A stretch of 64,000 nt of DNA from the NCBI RefSeq assembly GCF_006345805.1, contig NC_043021.1:26226001-26290000 (forward strand), given 5' to 3'. Origin of the DNA: Octopus sinensis (lineage: Eukaryota). A model generated the notes under the pieces. That model did not search any database, had not been told where the DNA came from, and saw nothing but the letters and a program-made list of their open reading frames with translations. Made by a program: the position numbers and the translations under genes. Shown here one piece after another: positions 39,167-52,760 of this stretch (within the stretch, counting starts at the first letter, position 1; each line of letters begins with the position of its first letter).

Positions 39167-42100
39167 ATACATATGTATGTATATAATGTGTTATTAACAA
39201 CCCCCACGCATAGAGAAAGAGAAAATAAGTGCGTATTTTATAAACAAGTGTCATATTTAAAGGTACAAGCCTACATCCGAACGCTTCGATTATGCATTTT
39301 TTCAACTAAATTAGTAATTGCTGGCGTGGGGACTAATTGATTGTACGTATTATAACTATTTCCAATCGAATTAAATGTTCTGTGAGCAAAAATTCATAGA
39401 TTTTTATAATTTTTAGTGGGGAAAACTTAGAAGAACTACCGTCACCAGGTAGGTAGGCTGTTGAAGAAGTCGCAGCGAGGGTAGTTACTTCATTATTTAT
39501 ATAGGCTGCTAAAATTAAATTCGATACTTAATTAAACTATACACGCTTTATTTATTGTATATACTCTGATTAGTCGGGTGTGTATATATTTGGTCGTTGT
39601 ACGACATGTGACGGCTAAATTGACTTTGCTACTTCAAATCTGGATTGAGAGAAAATGGGAAGTTGTGATGTTCAAGTTTTTCCCAAATTAAACGGTTCCA
39701 ACTTGATAATAGAAACTATACAGTATACTCAGCCCTACTGCTAATCGTACGATCGTTGCTTATATACATGTGTGTGTGTGTTTAGTGTTATAATAGAAAT
39801 AATCTCGTCATTGGAATTAGAATTGTGGAATTTTTGTCCCTTAAATATCAAAATTTTTGTTTAAGTTTAAAATAAAATGTTCACCATTTTGCGTCAAAAG
39901 AAAAAAATGAATCAGTGTTTTGACAGAATTATATCTAAAAGTTGTGAGCTGAAAGAAAACCAAAGACATGTTTAAAATCTATATACGAGATATTTCTGTT
40001 TTGTCAAACTCACTGCTGTCGATTTTTAAAAAATCTGTTTTTAGACCCAAAACTTAAACCAGCACAGTGACCTAAAAACACTGCGAATAATTTAGTGATA
40101 TTATTTTGTCGAACAAAATTGATAAAGTGGACAACATAAAAGCCGAAAAGAAATTAATATTTAAAACAGTTTAATAGCTGTTAATTTATTTAATCATTTG
40201 GATGTGTTCTGAAGTATTTTAGGTCTACTAAACTGTCTTATAAAACCGCCGTTCATAATTAGCTTTTATGCATTAACAAGTGATTAAAAAAGTGTAAAAT
40301 AATGAGTAGGTTTCATTACTTTGTCAAGGAGTTGAGTAATCTGTTTTTGTTTTTATTTTTTTCTAGAAACCATTTTACTGTAATTAGTTAAAAGAAGGTT
40401 GTTTGTTTTTTTTTGTTGTTGTTTCATTACTTTTAAAATGGCTGAGCGATGTAGACTACCTACTGACTCGTTGGACCCGAGTTCATGCCCCCTGCGGATA
40501 TTTTGTATTTGAAAAGAAAATTCTTCCTTATTTTAGCCAACTTGACAATGGGCAAGAAAGAAGAGTTATTTGGTTTTCGAGGCAACAATAGACGAGCGAT
40601 TGTTTATGGAGAGACTTTAGTTTCCCATCTGCTCGATGCTGCTACGGTCATGTTGTTATTTATTCCAAGATAAACACCTCCCTGTGGAATAGTATGGGTT
40701 TAGGGTTACTGTTGTTTTGTTACCATAGTTTGTTTAGAAAGTTTGGAATAATTTAAAGAAAGTTGGAAACAATTAAAATGAATGTTTTAGATAGAGGTGT
40801 TTGAGGATTGAACCCAGTATTCTGCTTACGAATGGCTATTTTGATTATATCTACTTACAATATTAAACTTGCTTCTCTTAGTTCTTCATTGGTGTTTCTT
40901 TAAAGTTATGATTTAGGAGACAAACAGAAGCTTCTTTCAGCACAAACATTGCAGTTTTGGTAATGTGTAGGAACAAGAAAAGAAAAAACCACTGGAGATG
41001 GGTCATGGTTGGAATGGGAATCAAAAATGTTGGAACTTCTTCGGTTCTGGTAGCATAAGATTGCTTCTACATAGTGTCACTAATTTTGGAAGAATTTCTC
41101 TTGACTAATTCTGTAATAAATAAGGCAAATGACTGAGATAGAAAGTACAATTCAGGCTGAATTGCTCCAAAATGTTTTGTTAGGAATATTTTTGGAGGAC
41201 ATTGATTTCTTGGATCAGCTCAAGACCACATATTTCAGAGAACAGCATTATTATTGTGTTTGTTCCTGCTACTTAATTTATTGGTCATAAAGTGATGAAA
41301 GACAAAAATTGATCATTCAACTGTAGTAGGATGAAAGAGAGAATCTGTTAAACATTTAGTCCTGTTGCATTCTGTTTTGGCCATTCTACTGATGTGCTGT
41401 CCCCTCTCTGCCTTTCCCATTCCTACAAATTTGCCCCTATTCACCACCCACAGCTAGTTGCTCTCTTGTCACTTCTGCTAACTTATCTCTCTTCCTCTCA
41501 TCAACCAAATTGTTGCCAACATTCTTAGGTATTCTTGCCCTAACCTCTGTAAGCTAGTTTCTCCCCGGAACATCAATCCCTTGGAATTCCTTCCTAGCAT
41601 TTTTTCTTTTTTTTTTTCTGCACTCATTAGTTGTTCCAAGATGAAGTTAACATTGTCAATCTCCCCTACAAGGGCCAATTGGAAGATCTCCTTTCTCAAG
41701 AATTTAAAATAAAATTTAAACAATGAGATGTATTTGATAACCAGGGTTCAGCAGCAATTAAAATTAGTATTGAGCTTTTTAGTTGCAATTTCCATTTGAA
41801 GTCAACAATTTCTAATATCTAAATGAAGGTAAAAAAATACACATAAATTGACAGATGGTGATGGTGATGATGGCAACAACAGGTAGAAACCAGCAAATTT
41901 GATGGGTGAAGCTTAGTCAATACAATTAGCTTCAGTACTTGACTGGTGCATTTAGTGACCCCGGTGGGATGAAAGGCAGTGTTGGCCTCAACAACATTTG
42001 AACTTGGAATATAAAGAACCAAAAACTAAATACCAGAAATCATTTAGCCCGGTGCTCTAATGATTCTGCAATAATAATGTCTAACAAGGATTTAAAGCCA

Positions 42101-42577
42101 GAAATTTGGTGATGGTGGTGGCCAGTAAATGAGATGAAAGCAAAGTAAACTTTGGTATGGTTTGAAATCAGGAAATAGAAGAATAAATGCAAGGACAGTA
42201 CTATTGCCACCATTCCACTAGCTTTGTAATAATACTACTACAAACTGATTGACTATATAAGGAGTGAATAAAGAAGAACTGGGCAGCATGAGAGGCTGTC
42301 TGACTGTGAATGTAGTGTGGCTGGCAGGAGTGTTGTATGGCTGCAAACAGTAAATGGAGGGACTAACAGAAAAATAACTCTATCACAATTCCACTCTCTA
42401 CATATTGAAATTGGATTTTTTCCAGATGCTGTGAGTAATCCAAGAAATGTCCTCGGTTTCCTCTCACTTCTCTGACATGTCTTTTATTTCCTTACACTTT
42501 TTATTTATCAGTTGTGTCTGTTTGTCCATTCCAGGAACGCTTTATAGTTACACTTCATTTGCAAATTTCTTTTACAG

Positions 42578-42670
42578 AAAGTTATTGTCCAGATACTTCG
42601 TAAGGAGCTTGTAAACAAACAACAAACTTCTAACCAAGCATCAAGCCTTAATACAAATGCCTCCCAGCAG
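42578..42670 (+). CDS. PHF21A: PHF21A-like coding exon 4 (KVIVQILRKELVNKQQTSNQASSLNTNASQQ)
   Basis: ttcttttacag acceptor, CAG|GTAAGT donor, 93 nt. Matches KRVVEQLRKNLIVKQ as recalled. Confidence 0.92.
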
Positions 42671-43617
42671 GTAAGTTCCATCACTGCTTATATACGAAAC
42701 CTTTGTTTTTGTTTACCAACATCACACTAATTCAGCTTGTAATAGCACCTGAAGAAGACGTAATAGTGTATGTGTGTGAGTGTCTGTATGTGTTTGTGTG
42801 TATGTGTTCGTATCATCACTGTTTTACTGTCCACTATTCCATGCTTGCCTTGATCACACAGAATTCATTGTGGCAGTTTTTCTACAGCTGGATTCCTTTC
42901 CTGTCACAAACCCTTATCTGTTTCCAAGTAAGCTTGTATTTCCCCATGGCCAGACATATGTTCTTCACAGAAGACTGGGAACTAACAACATTGCTTGTAT
43001 GATGGTCATGCTTATTTAGACCCATCACGTGATGTCAAAACAAGAACAGACACACACACACATGTCTACAGCCGTCCTCTTGCCTCCAGGGAAGCAGACC
43101 GCCTTTTCCCTAATGACATGTCAGTTGTAGAGAATCCTTCATTCTTGAGATTATTTTCTCTCTCATTTGGAGATGGTTGCAATTAGCACCTGGCAGTAGA
43201 TGTCATCAGTACAGCTGTTGCCCTACATTGACGCCAGCTGACATCACTACTAGAAAACTGGTACCATTTGTTTCCAATCTTCCATGAAAACCTGTCAACA
43301 CCCTGGGAGGAAATATAATCTTACATGCAAACAGGTAATGATTGGTGTTAGAAGTGGCATCTAGCCATATAAAATTTACTTCAACATATACTGTCTGACC
43401 CATGCAAAAGCAGATGTTAAGAAACCAAACGGAGCATCATTTAAAACTAAAACAAGACTCAAACTCTGTAAAATATCTAATTTGACCATTTTGCTGTTTC
43501 TGCCAACTTGTGACTCTTTTTAAGCATAAAATGATATTATTAATCTTGGGGCTTTTTTTTTTTTAGTCTTTTTTGTTTTTCACTGGTTATTTTTACTCTA
43601 CTTTCTTCTCTTTCTAG

Positions 43618-44292
43618 CAACAACATCAAGCTCAAACCCAGCAACAAGTCCATCTACAAAAACAGCAGCCACAGACACACTCGCCTCAACAAGTGCATGC
43701 TGTACCACAACAAATGCATGTCTCCCAACCGCAATCAAATTCAGTGCAACGGCAGCAGTCACAGTCACCTATGCAGCAGCCCCCACACACGGTGCAACGG
43801 CAGTCGCCCTCCCCTCAGAGGCAGACACACACCACTGTGCAACAACAATCACAGTCACCACAGAGACAGCTCCAGTCGCACCCGGTGCAACTGCCATCCC
43901 AGTCGCCACAGCAACTGCCATGCCAGTCTCCCCAGCAGCCACAGTCCCCACATCAACACATACACATTGTACAGCAATCACAACCCCCCTCTCAGCAACA
44001 ATTGCAACCAATGCAACAAGTATCACAGCATTCACATTCCCATCCTCAGCCAGCCACATCGCCCCAACAGGCACCAACAGCAGTTGTAGCGACCACCCAG
44101 CCTGCTGCTGCTGCTGCTCCCCTTCAATCAGCTGACTTTATTAAGAAAAATGACAATGTGAAATGTCCCAGTATATTGAACACCCCCCACAGTAGAGTTA
44201 GCAGTCCGACTGTGAATAACTCAGTCTCCTCTCGGAGTACATCCCCTCCTATTCGAGTACCACAGTACACCATCAGCAAAACTCTTTTACAG
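43618..44292 (+). CDS. PHF21A: PHF21A-like coding exon 5, Q/S/P-rich low-complexity region ending PPIRVPQYTISKTLLQ
   Basis: ctttcttctctttctag acceptor, 675 nt open in the frame of ORF 43693, CAG|GTAACT donor. PPIRVPQ resembles vertebrate QPIKVPQ as recalled. Confidence 0.9.
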
Positions 44293-46485
44293 GTAACTTG
44301 TCTCATTTTTTTTTGTTTTATTTGTTTTGTTTTTCTTCTCTTTCAACATAAAATAGATTTCCAATACATTTTTGTATCATTCAATACATTATCATTATTA
44401 TTTTTGTTTTATTCAGCTGAGACCTACTCAGCCTTTTTATTCCTCAGGGGCCTATAAAATAAACTGCCAGTCAAGTACTGGGGTCAATGCAATAGATGCT
44501 TTCATGAAAAATTCTGGCCTCGTTAGCTAAATGAGAAATCATTATTGAGAATAATGAGCAGTAGAATTATTGGCGCATTGGAAAGAAATGATTTGCGGCA
44601 TTTGTTGTGGCTCTTTATGTTCTGAGTTCAAATCCCACTCATTTTAAGGCAGAGGTTGATAAAATTAAGAACCTGTCAAGTACTGGAGTTGATGCTATCG
44701 TCTGACCTCTCCCCTAAAAATTGCTGGCCTTGTGTCTAAATCAAACACCATTATTATTTGTTAAGGCAGCAAGCTAGCAGGATTGTTACCAGACAAAATA
44801 CTTAACAGCATTTTTTGTCAGCTTTACATTCTGAGTTCAAATTCCACCATGGATGATTTTGCTCTCATCTTTTCGGGGTCAGTAAAATAAGTATCAGTTG
44901 AACCCAGGGGTTAGTGTAATTAACTTTGTCTCCCCCCCCCCTTCCCCTCATAATGGAAAGCATTATTATCTTTGTTTCTCCAAACTCACAATGGTTGTCT
45001 TCCACCAAAATTTTGTTATTTGAAATTCCAAACACCAGTATAAAAACAATGTTTATTTTTGATAAATTCTTCATTATTTTCAAAATGAATTGCCACAAAA
45101 GCATAATTCTGTTTCAACAGAATTATGGTAACAAAACAGTTGAAGAGACTCTGTCCTAACCTATATCAACCCTTTTCTAAAATGCAAACATCTGTAGGGC
45201 TGAAGCATTATTATTGGTTTTAGCAAGCAGTAATAATCAATATTGACCTGACCATGATGTTGTGGAAGTAGATTTTCTCAACAGCAGGATTGAACTCTGC
45301 AGCACAACTTAACAATTCCACAACACTGTTACTGCATACAGAGTGGTGAATTGTACCTGAAACGAAAGATGCTTAGAGATAAGCAGGGTTTGATCTTTGA
45401 GAGTTGATTAGCCATAGCTATTGGCATAACCCAGTTAGGGTGATGACAGAGCATGAGCCACCAGTTCTTTCTCTTTGTCTGTTACCGAACAACAGAATTG
45501 AACTCAGGCTCCAGACACTACAACCTCTATTAAAAAGTAATATAAAACACAGAAACAGCATAATGCCACACTAGATGTTTTAGTGTTTGAGTTTTGTTCC
45601 AGTATTTAGTTAAAATGGTGCTTTGTTGAAAGTGTCCAGCAGTGAGGAAGGGGTCCTTGCTTCAAATACAGGTTGGTAGTAATAAGGACGGGCTACTTGA
45701 ATAGCTTTAGATGATGAAGCTTGATTCGAGAGAGTAAACACTTGTTGTATTGAAGACACAGACTCATATTGGATGTTGATTGTGTGGTGAGGATGAGGTC
45801 TAGCAATTAACGGAATAGTATTTTGATTTGGTTATGAATTCTGGTGAGATAGTTCACCATTCCACACTTGCAAAGTCACTTGTATTTACTTTACAGTGAA
45901 ACGTAGAATGTAGAATGCAACTTTAACAAATAACAACAATATTGTACATGAAAACAGGGTGGGGGGGGGGAAGAGAGGGTCAGACAGAACAGCAGCTTGT
46001 TCTGCAAGAGTCAAGTTTGCCTTTCGTCTCTGATGACTGATTATAATGATTCCAGTCCATTGACTGGAGTCATTATAATCAACTGTTTATGGCACTGTGT
46101 CTGTTTCCAAAGTCAATATTACATTGAGACAAATTTAACTCTTATAATATCAAACCATCTGAGACAACTCTTGTTTCTGTAACACAAACTTCCTGTTTTA
46201 AAATGATATTAACTGAAGCCTGCCATCAAAATTTCATGTCAATTTTATGTTCCAGATACCAGTTGACGAAAGTAGTTTACTAAATTATTATTTTTAAAAC
46301 TAATCAAATCAAAAGTAGTGTATTTCTATAGAAATACTATGAGTACAATAATCTCCAACTCTGTAAAGACAAAGTTTCATAGCTACTACATCTTGTATTG
46401 TCCAAACTACATCTCGGACATTTAGTTCTTAGCAATTGTGTATAATATTGCTAGACTTGATTTTTCTCTTCAAAATAAGGAAATT

Positions 46486-46700
46486 AAGCAGCGAGTTGGC
46501 AGAAACGTTAGCACACTGGGCAAAATGCTTAGCAATATTTCGTCTGTCTTTACATTCTGAGTTCAAATTCCACCGAGGTTGACTTTGCCTTACATCCTTT
46601 AGGGGTCGATAAATTCAGTACCAGTTGCATATTGGGGTTGATCTAATCGACTGGTGTGCCCCACCTCCAAAAATTTCAGGCCTTGTGCCTAGAGTGGAAA
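46486..46700 (+). mobile_element. tRNA-derived SINE copy
   Basis: Same head and body as 11583-11814 (gagttggcagaaacgttagcac...gagttcaaattccaccgagg). Confidence 0.7.
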
Positions 46701-47109
46701 AAAAAAAAGGAAATAATTCAGCATTCAAAGGTCAACACTGCTGACCTTTGAAACTCAGGTTCAACGTACATTCGAGTACTGCTCACCCATAAACAAATAT
46801 CTCTGACGAAGCTACATCGTTTGATAAATAAAAATATTTACTTAATAGTGTCACACTACAACCACCACTCCACAAATACACTGTTTCCTCCCCGTCTCTC
46901 TTCTACTTCTAATGACTTCTCTTTTAAACTAACAGACTGCATCCTACCTCTACCCAAGTCCATGGACACTTGTTATCCTTACTTTGTCTCAACTCTATTC
47001 AAAACCCACCCCCACCACCTACGAAACCCTTTGCTCAGTCCTTTCTACCTAGAATCACAGAGTTTTCAAACTTACACACTAACTCCATTTCTTCCTCAAG
47101 CATCAACCA

Positions 47110-47400
47110 GAAGGCACTTCGTTGGTTGTGACACTGAATGTTCCAGTTGATCTGGTCAGTGGAACAGCCAGCTGCTCGTGAAATTAACATGCAGTGGCTG
47201 AGTACTCCACAGACACCTGTGTACCCTTAATGTAGTTCCCAGGGAGATTCAGCATGACACAGAATGTGACATAGCTGGCCCCTTTGAAATACAAGTACAA
47301 CTCATTTTTGCCAGCTGAGTGGACTGGAGCAACGTGAAATAAAGTGCCTTGCTCAAGGACACATCACATTGCCAGGAATCAAACTTTCGATCCAACAGTT
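47110..47400 (+). mobile_element. SINE-like interspersed repeat (third family)
   Basis: gtggactggagcaacgtgaaataaagtgccttgctcaagg is also seen at about 49283-49325. Family not named. Confidence 0.45.
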
Positions 47401-48689
47401 GTGAGTTGACCACATAACCTTTCTACCTTCACAGCATCAATTAACTTGCAAGATGAATATCAACCACATCAATCTCACTTGTGTGGGAGAGCTTGTTATG
47501 GTCATGAGATCTGCCCCTCCTCTTTCCCTTACATAATATATCTACACACACACACATACATATTGGCATTAGGAAGGGCATCCAGCTATAGAAGCCATAA
47601 TCAAATCAGACATTAAAGCCTGGTGCAATCTTCTGACTTGCCACTTCCTGTCCATTCTATGCCAGAATGCAAAACAGATGTTAAATGATGGTGATGGTGG
47701 TGGTCTGGTGATGATGATGATGATCATTTATCATCTGTGCTCCATACAGACATGGATTGGTCAGTTAGTGAGCCAGAGGACTCACCAAGTTCCAATGTCT
47801 GCTTTGGCGTGGTTTCTACAGCTGGATGCCCTTCCTAATGCCAACCATTTCACAGGATGTACTGGGTAGTTTTTACATGGTACCAACAGTAAAGAGGTAA
47901 CCAAATAACCCCTAAGACAAAATCCCTCAACTGTGGAGGAAGTAGTGCTGAGGGAGGTGGCTTTTTGCTGGATAGGGTGACAGGAACAGGTTATCTTGCT
48001 GTAGGGGAGACATATGGTTACCCCAATTGGAATAGGGAGAGGAAGAGGATGGTGAAGATGTATCTGGGCTTAACTTCAAGTTTAGGAAGGGGAATGAAGA
48101 GAAATGGTGTGGGAGTGTAAAGGGCAAGGGGCAGATGGATAAGGGGAGGTGGTGGTGAACATGGATGGAGACAAGGTCAATCTTTAATATCTGTTGGAGG
48201 GGAAGATGGAGGAAGTAGGTGGGGTCTGGGTGGTAAAAGGTGGCAGTAAGATGGTGCGAAGTGGGAGGGGCAGGTGTGCAAGAGAGAGGCACAGTGGTTG
48301 GGGGTGAAGTCAGAGGTACATAAGGGTGAAAATGGTGGGAGATGGACAGAAGCAATAAGGGGAGGGCTGCTGCTGTACAGAGGAAAGGGAGCTGAAGGAA
48401 GCATACAGCAGAATACAAAGGTAAGGGATTTTACCAAGAGTGCATATAGAAGGACGTGGTCTCCTAATTAGATCAGGTGAGTGGGTATTTCAGTAATTAG
48501 AAGTGTGATAAACAGGTGGGTGTCGAGACGATGAGTAGTGGGGTGGATGATAGCTAAAAGAGTTGTGGGTTCATCAGGGATGGATTAGGTGTATAGACAA
48601 TGGATTGTTGGGATGGGAGGGAAGGCAGGTTCATCCAGATCAGCTTGGGTGCAGGGGTATAGACGTAGGCAACACATTTTTGCTTAGGT

Positions 48690-49100
48690 GGACATGTCTT
48701 CTCAAGCACAGCAAACCGCCTATCATCCCTATCCTTTGTCACCTCCTTTGTGAAACTTAACATCTGCAGATCATGCTTTACCACTACATCCATGTTTTCC
48801 TGGGTCTCCTTCCTCGCGTTCCTTCCACATTTAGTGATCACTACTTGTTTATGTGGCTGTCCTCATCTATACACATCGTCTCATGGCCATACCTGTGCTG
48901 GCTTCTCTCTTGCACACTCTGATGCCTCTTTAGCCTAATTTTTATCTCAACTCATTCACATTTTTTCATACAAGTACACTGGCATTGCACATTCAGCAGA
49001 GCATGCTAGCTTCATTTCTTTCAAGCTTTCACGTGGCCCCTGCATTCACAGACCGTCTTTGTCCACAAGCATCATACACTCTGCCTTTCACTCTACTTCT
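48690..49100 (-). mobile_element. Degraded RTE 3' fragment
   Basis: DVVVKHDLQMLSFTKEVTKDRDDRRFAVLEKT matches the C-terminus of the 29103 ORF. Confidence 0.65.
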
Positions 49101-50799
49101 AACAAAAGTAGCTTGCATAGGATATGCGCACAAACATGTGCACATACACACATTTCACTGTGTTGATCAGACTTGGATGTTGTTAAACACTGCTGGTCAC
49201 AATACACTTCCTTACATTTGTTGTAGCTTTCAAATGATGCCACCCAGCTGGCTAAGTAGGCAGGCCAACATTATTTCCCGTTTGTGGACTGGAGCAACAT
49301 GGAATGAAGTGTTTTGCTCAAGAATACAATGCACTGTTAGTCTGGGAATCAAAACCACAATGTTGCAATCATTAGTGTAATGCCCTAACCACTCAGCCTC
49401 AGCCCTTTGTGTGTGATGCAGTCCTAAATTCAGTTGTATTATAACAACAACAATTATTTTTCACATACACACATCCCAAGAAATAATTTGTATGAATAGA
49501 AAATAGTAACTTGAAGAATTTCTCCAGTTCGTACCAGATGTATCATCAGGTTGATGAAAGGCAGAGCTGGCCCTGGTGGATAATCATTTCAGAATTCAGG
49601 GGGCAGCTGAAGATTTTAACACTACCATTTTTGGTATTCCACTGCCTTCACAATACTTGCATGATTTCATTGGCAAATATTTAGCATATACACATACGGT
49701 AGTTCTATCAAAAGTAAAAAGTAAGATTTTGTTTTCTGATTAAACAACTATTTTTGAGCCATACTGTGTTGGCCCAGATGTGACACTTAACAAAATGGAC
49801 AGGTCTCTAAATTGGCCTCTGTTCACAATTATAGATCAATGTTTAACACCAATCGTGTTTTATGCTTTGCTTCTCTTCAGGTGTGAAACAGTTACCATGT
49901 CATACTGCAATGCGGTTGCTTAATATATTGTCAACCTCTGCACTAGTCCCTAATCTACCGTAATAAACTCCCTCTATGTTTGTTACAAATGTTTATTATG
50001 TAGTCATGCCGTTTGATATGAAGTGAGAAACTTGCTTAACCAATGTGAAGTTGTTATGACTTGGAATCAAATCCTAGTTGCTTATTCAGTCTGCAACCCA
50101 CAAGACACCTTCCACTGCTTATTTTCATGTTCATATCTTCGTTAAACATGAAGCTTTTGCAGACAGTTAAATGGAAAGCTCTGACTTTTGTGATTTTCTC
50201 AATAGTTTAAACAATGTAAATAAAGTAACTTGAATCCAGTGCTGTAGGCTTCACTGTCTGAGATCTTTGCATCTCTTTTGTACTCTCCACATTCTCTTTA
50301 TTGGCTGAGTGAGGATATTATCAAGTGAATTAATCCTCATTTATTATTGTTCTTTAAACCATTGGATAGACTAAGCTGTGTTGACTCCTGCTTAATTTGG
50401 AATTCAAAATATCCATCTCCATAAAGTATGGTTGTCTCACTGGAATGAAACTAAATATATTAAGGAATTTAGTTAGACTCTACCCCTTTATTAATGCCTA
50501 GTGTAATGATGTTTACTCATTCAAGTTCAAGGCCCAAAACATATGTTGCTGACGAGTGAGATTATCCCTATTCTCTTCTTAAATGCTTTAGCATCAAACA
50601 CAGAATGAAAGATGTTCAAATGAGAATTAAAGTCACATTCCAAGAATCTACAGTTGACAGTTATTTTATTTCAACTCTTTTATCTCTCATTACACTAATG
50701 CTACGTATAATAATGATTTCTTACACTAAGCTCGTGGCCAAGTTTTGAGTAACAGCTATCATATAATGAGTTATTGGCTTTGTACTTAATGAAAGAAAT

Positions 50800-52760
50800 T
50801 GGTGGGTTTTGCACTTATGTTGAGTCTACTTCTGCCACTCACCTCTCGCTTGGATTCACTTCTCTGTAGTCATTTGCTTTACTGACCTCAATGCTTACAA
50901 CCTTTCCTGGTCTTCTCTCTCATCCTGTATTAATGCCACCAGTGCAGATGCTGAAACTTTTGCTGTTTCCATCTCCTTAAATGAATTAATTTTACCTCTA
51001 AACACAGCCACTCTGAAATATCTTTGATCTCTTCTCACTTCCAAACTTAACCTCTACTAAATCCTCAGAATCTTTGCTTCTATCGGATCTTCTAACTACT
51101 GCCTTAGCTCAGCTATCCAACCATACAGCCATATACTATGCAATGCTCTCACCTGTTGGACCCTTTGTTGCTTCAAGTCAGCTGATTGGTTGGCACTTCA
51201 CTGATTTTATTTACCTGTCTTCCCTGGTAGCACATGTAGTTCATCCCTGACCTTTCAGAAATAGCAAAGTAGGCATCTGTCTACAGCCTACACACTCGGG
51301 CAAAACTCTTGCCCATCACTCCTTAAAAAATGGTTCATGTTATACTACAGCAGTTCCAGTAAAAATCATCCACTTCAACAAACTGGACACCTTTTGCCGA
51401 GCATCAAAACTCCTTGCAAGACCATTATCCAAAACAGAAACGATGCCTTCACTCATTGTACAGCTTACAAAGTCTTCTACTTCCCAAACTGTAGCTGATC
51501 CTTTTGATCCCTTACAAAATCTTTCTTCCACCCACCATTCACCTACGATGTTTCTATCAGCTTTACCCCTTCAGAGAAAGCCTTCACATTTCTTGTCCAC
51601 TTTACCTTCAACTCCACATTGCCTACACTAAGTAAATCTCCTTGAAGCTTTACCAAGCTTGTTTCTCTCTACAGTTATGCCAAATACAAAAACTCTTTTG
51701 GCCATTTCAGACCATGAAGTCCACCAGCTTGGACTATGAACCTTCCATTATTCTCAAACAATGTGCCATAGAGCTAGTCCCTAACCCACACAAGTGTCTA
51801 CCCTAAACTTTGAAAATATAACAGTGTGTCCCATTTTCAAAAACACTCCTTTCTGATATTGCTGAGGTGTTGTACTTCTTGGAAACTCCTGTCCCCCTGA
51901 CTAACAACATCTCAAAGGTGATGGAGAGAATCATTAACAGCTACATTCTTTAATGTCTGTCTCCTTTTTTTTTTTGCCCTTTTAATCACTATTAGTATGG
52001 CCTTTATAAAGCCACAGCTACCAAGGAACTATTTGTCAATCACTCACCAGTAGGTCCTTGTCCTCAAAAAATTTGGTCCAAATATTATTGTTGCACTTGA
52101 CACCAGCAACATTCAACAGTATCTGGTATGTGAATCCCTAGGCCCAAAACTGCCTACCCCTGGGCCCCCTTCGTCTCACGGATTGGAAGGTTCCTGTTTG
52201 GTGACACCATTGCAATGAGCACTGATAGACCTCACTGACCCATACTCCATCATCTCTAGTATGTTACACTCTTCTTCCTCTCACCTCCACCAATGCCCAT
52301 TTCAACTTAGATGATGCCACCCTTCAGTCCTCCCTACCCTTCCGTCTCCCAACATCATCCACATTCAACCTAGACACCTCTCATGAAACCTGCACTGACT
52401 TCACGAACAGAGAGGAGGGTTGTTCCCATCTCATCTCCATCAATAGCACCAAAGGTATAGCCATGAGCAACATGCCACTGGAACCTTCAAATGCTGGGCC
52501 TCAGTCACATGCAGGGTCTCCCCCTGCATGTTCTCAACATAGTAAACATTGGATCAAAGACTGACCTTTCTCTCTAGGTCCAGAAAATATTTCAGCTCCC
52601 AGCAACTATTAACCCTTTACAAAGCTAAATGAGACCTTTGACGGAATATTGCACATTTGTGACAGTACTGCTGTTATGCATGCTGGTATCCTAGACTCTA
52701 TCTCCCAGAAGCCACCCTAAATACAGGCATCAAGTCAGACTCCGACCTATGGCCCACTGA
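50800..52760 (+). mobile_element. Highly degraded CR1/L2-like LINE (endonuclease-RT remnants)
   Basis: Remnants VCPIFK (~51826), ISKVMERIINSY (~51910), VALD (~52090) and KYFSSQQLLTLYKA (~52585), with many stops. Confidence 0.55.

Noticed and set aside
49881-49960. Strong acceptor (ttctcttcag) in intron 5 as an extra coding exon
   Set aside because: The phase-0 frame hits TGA at once, and no suitable donor or homology was seen.
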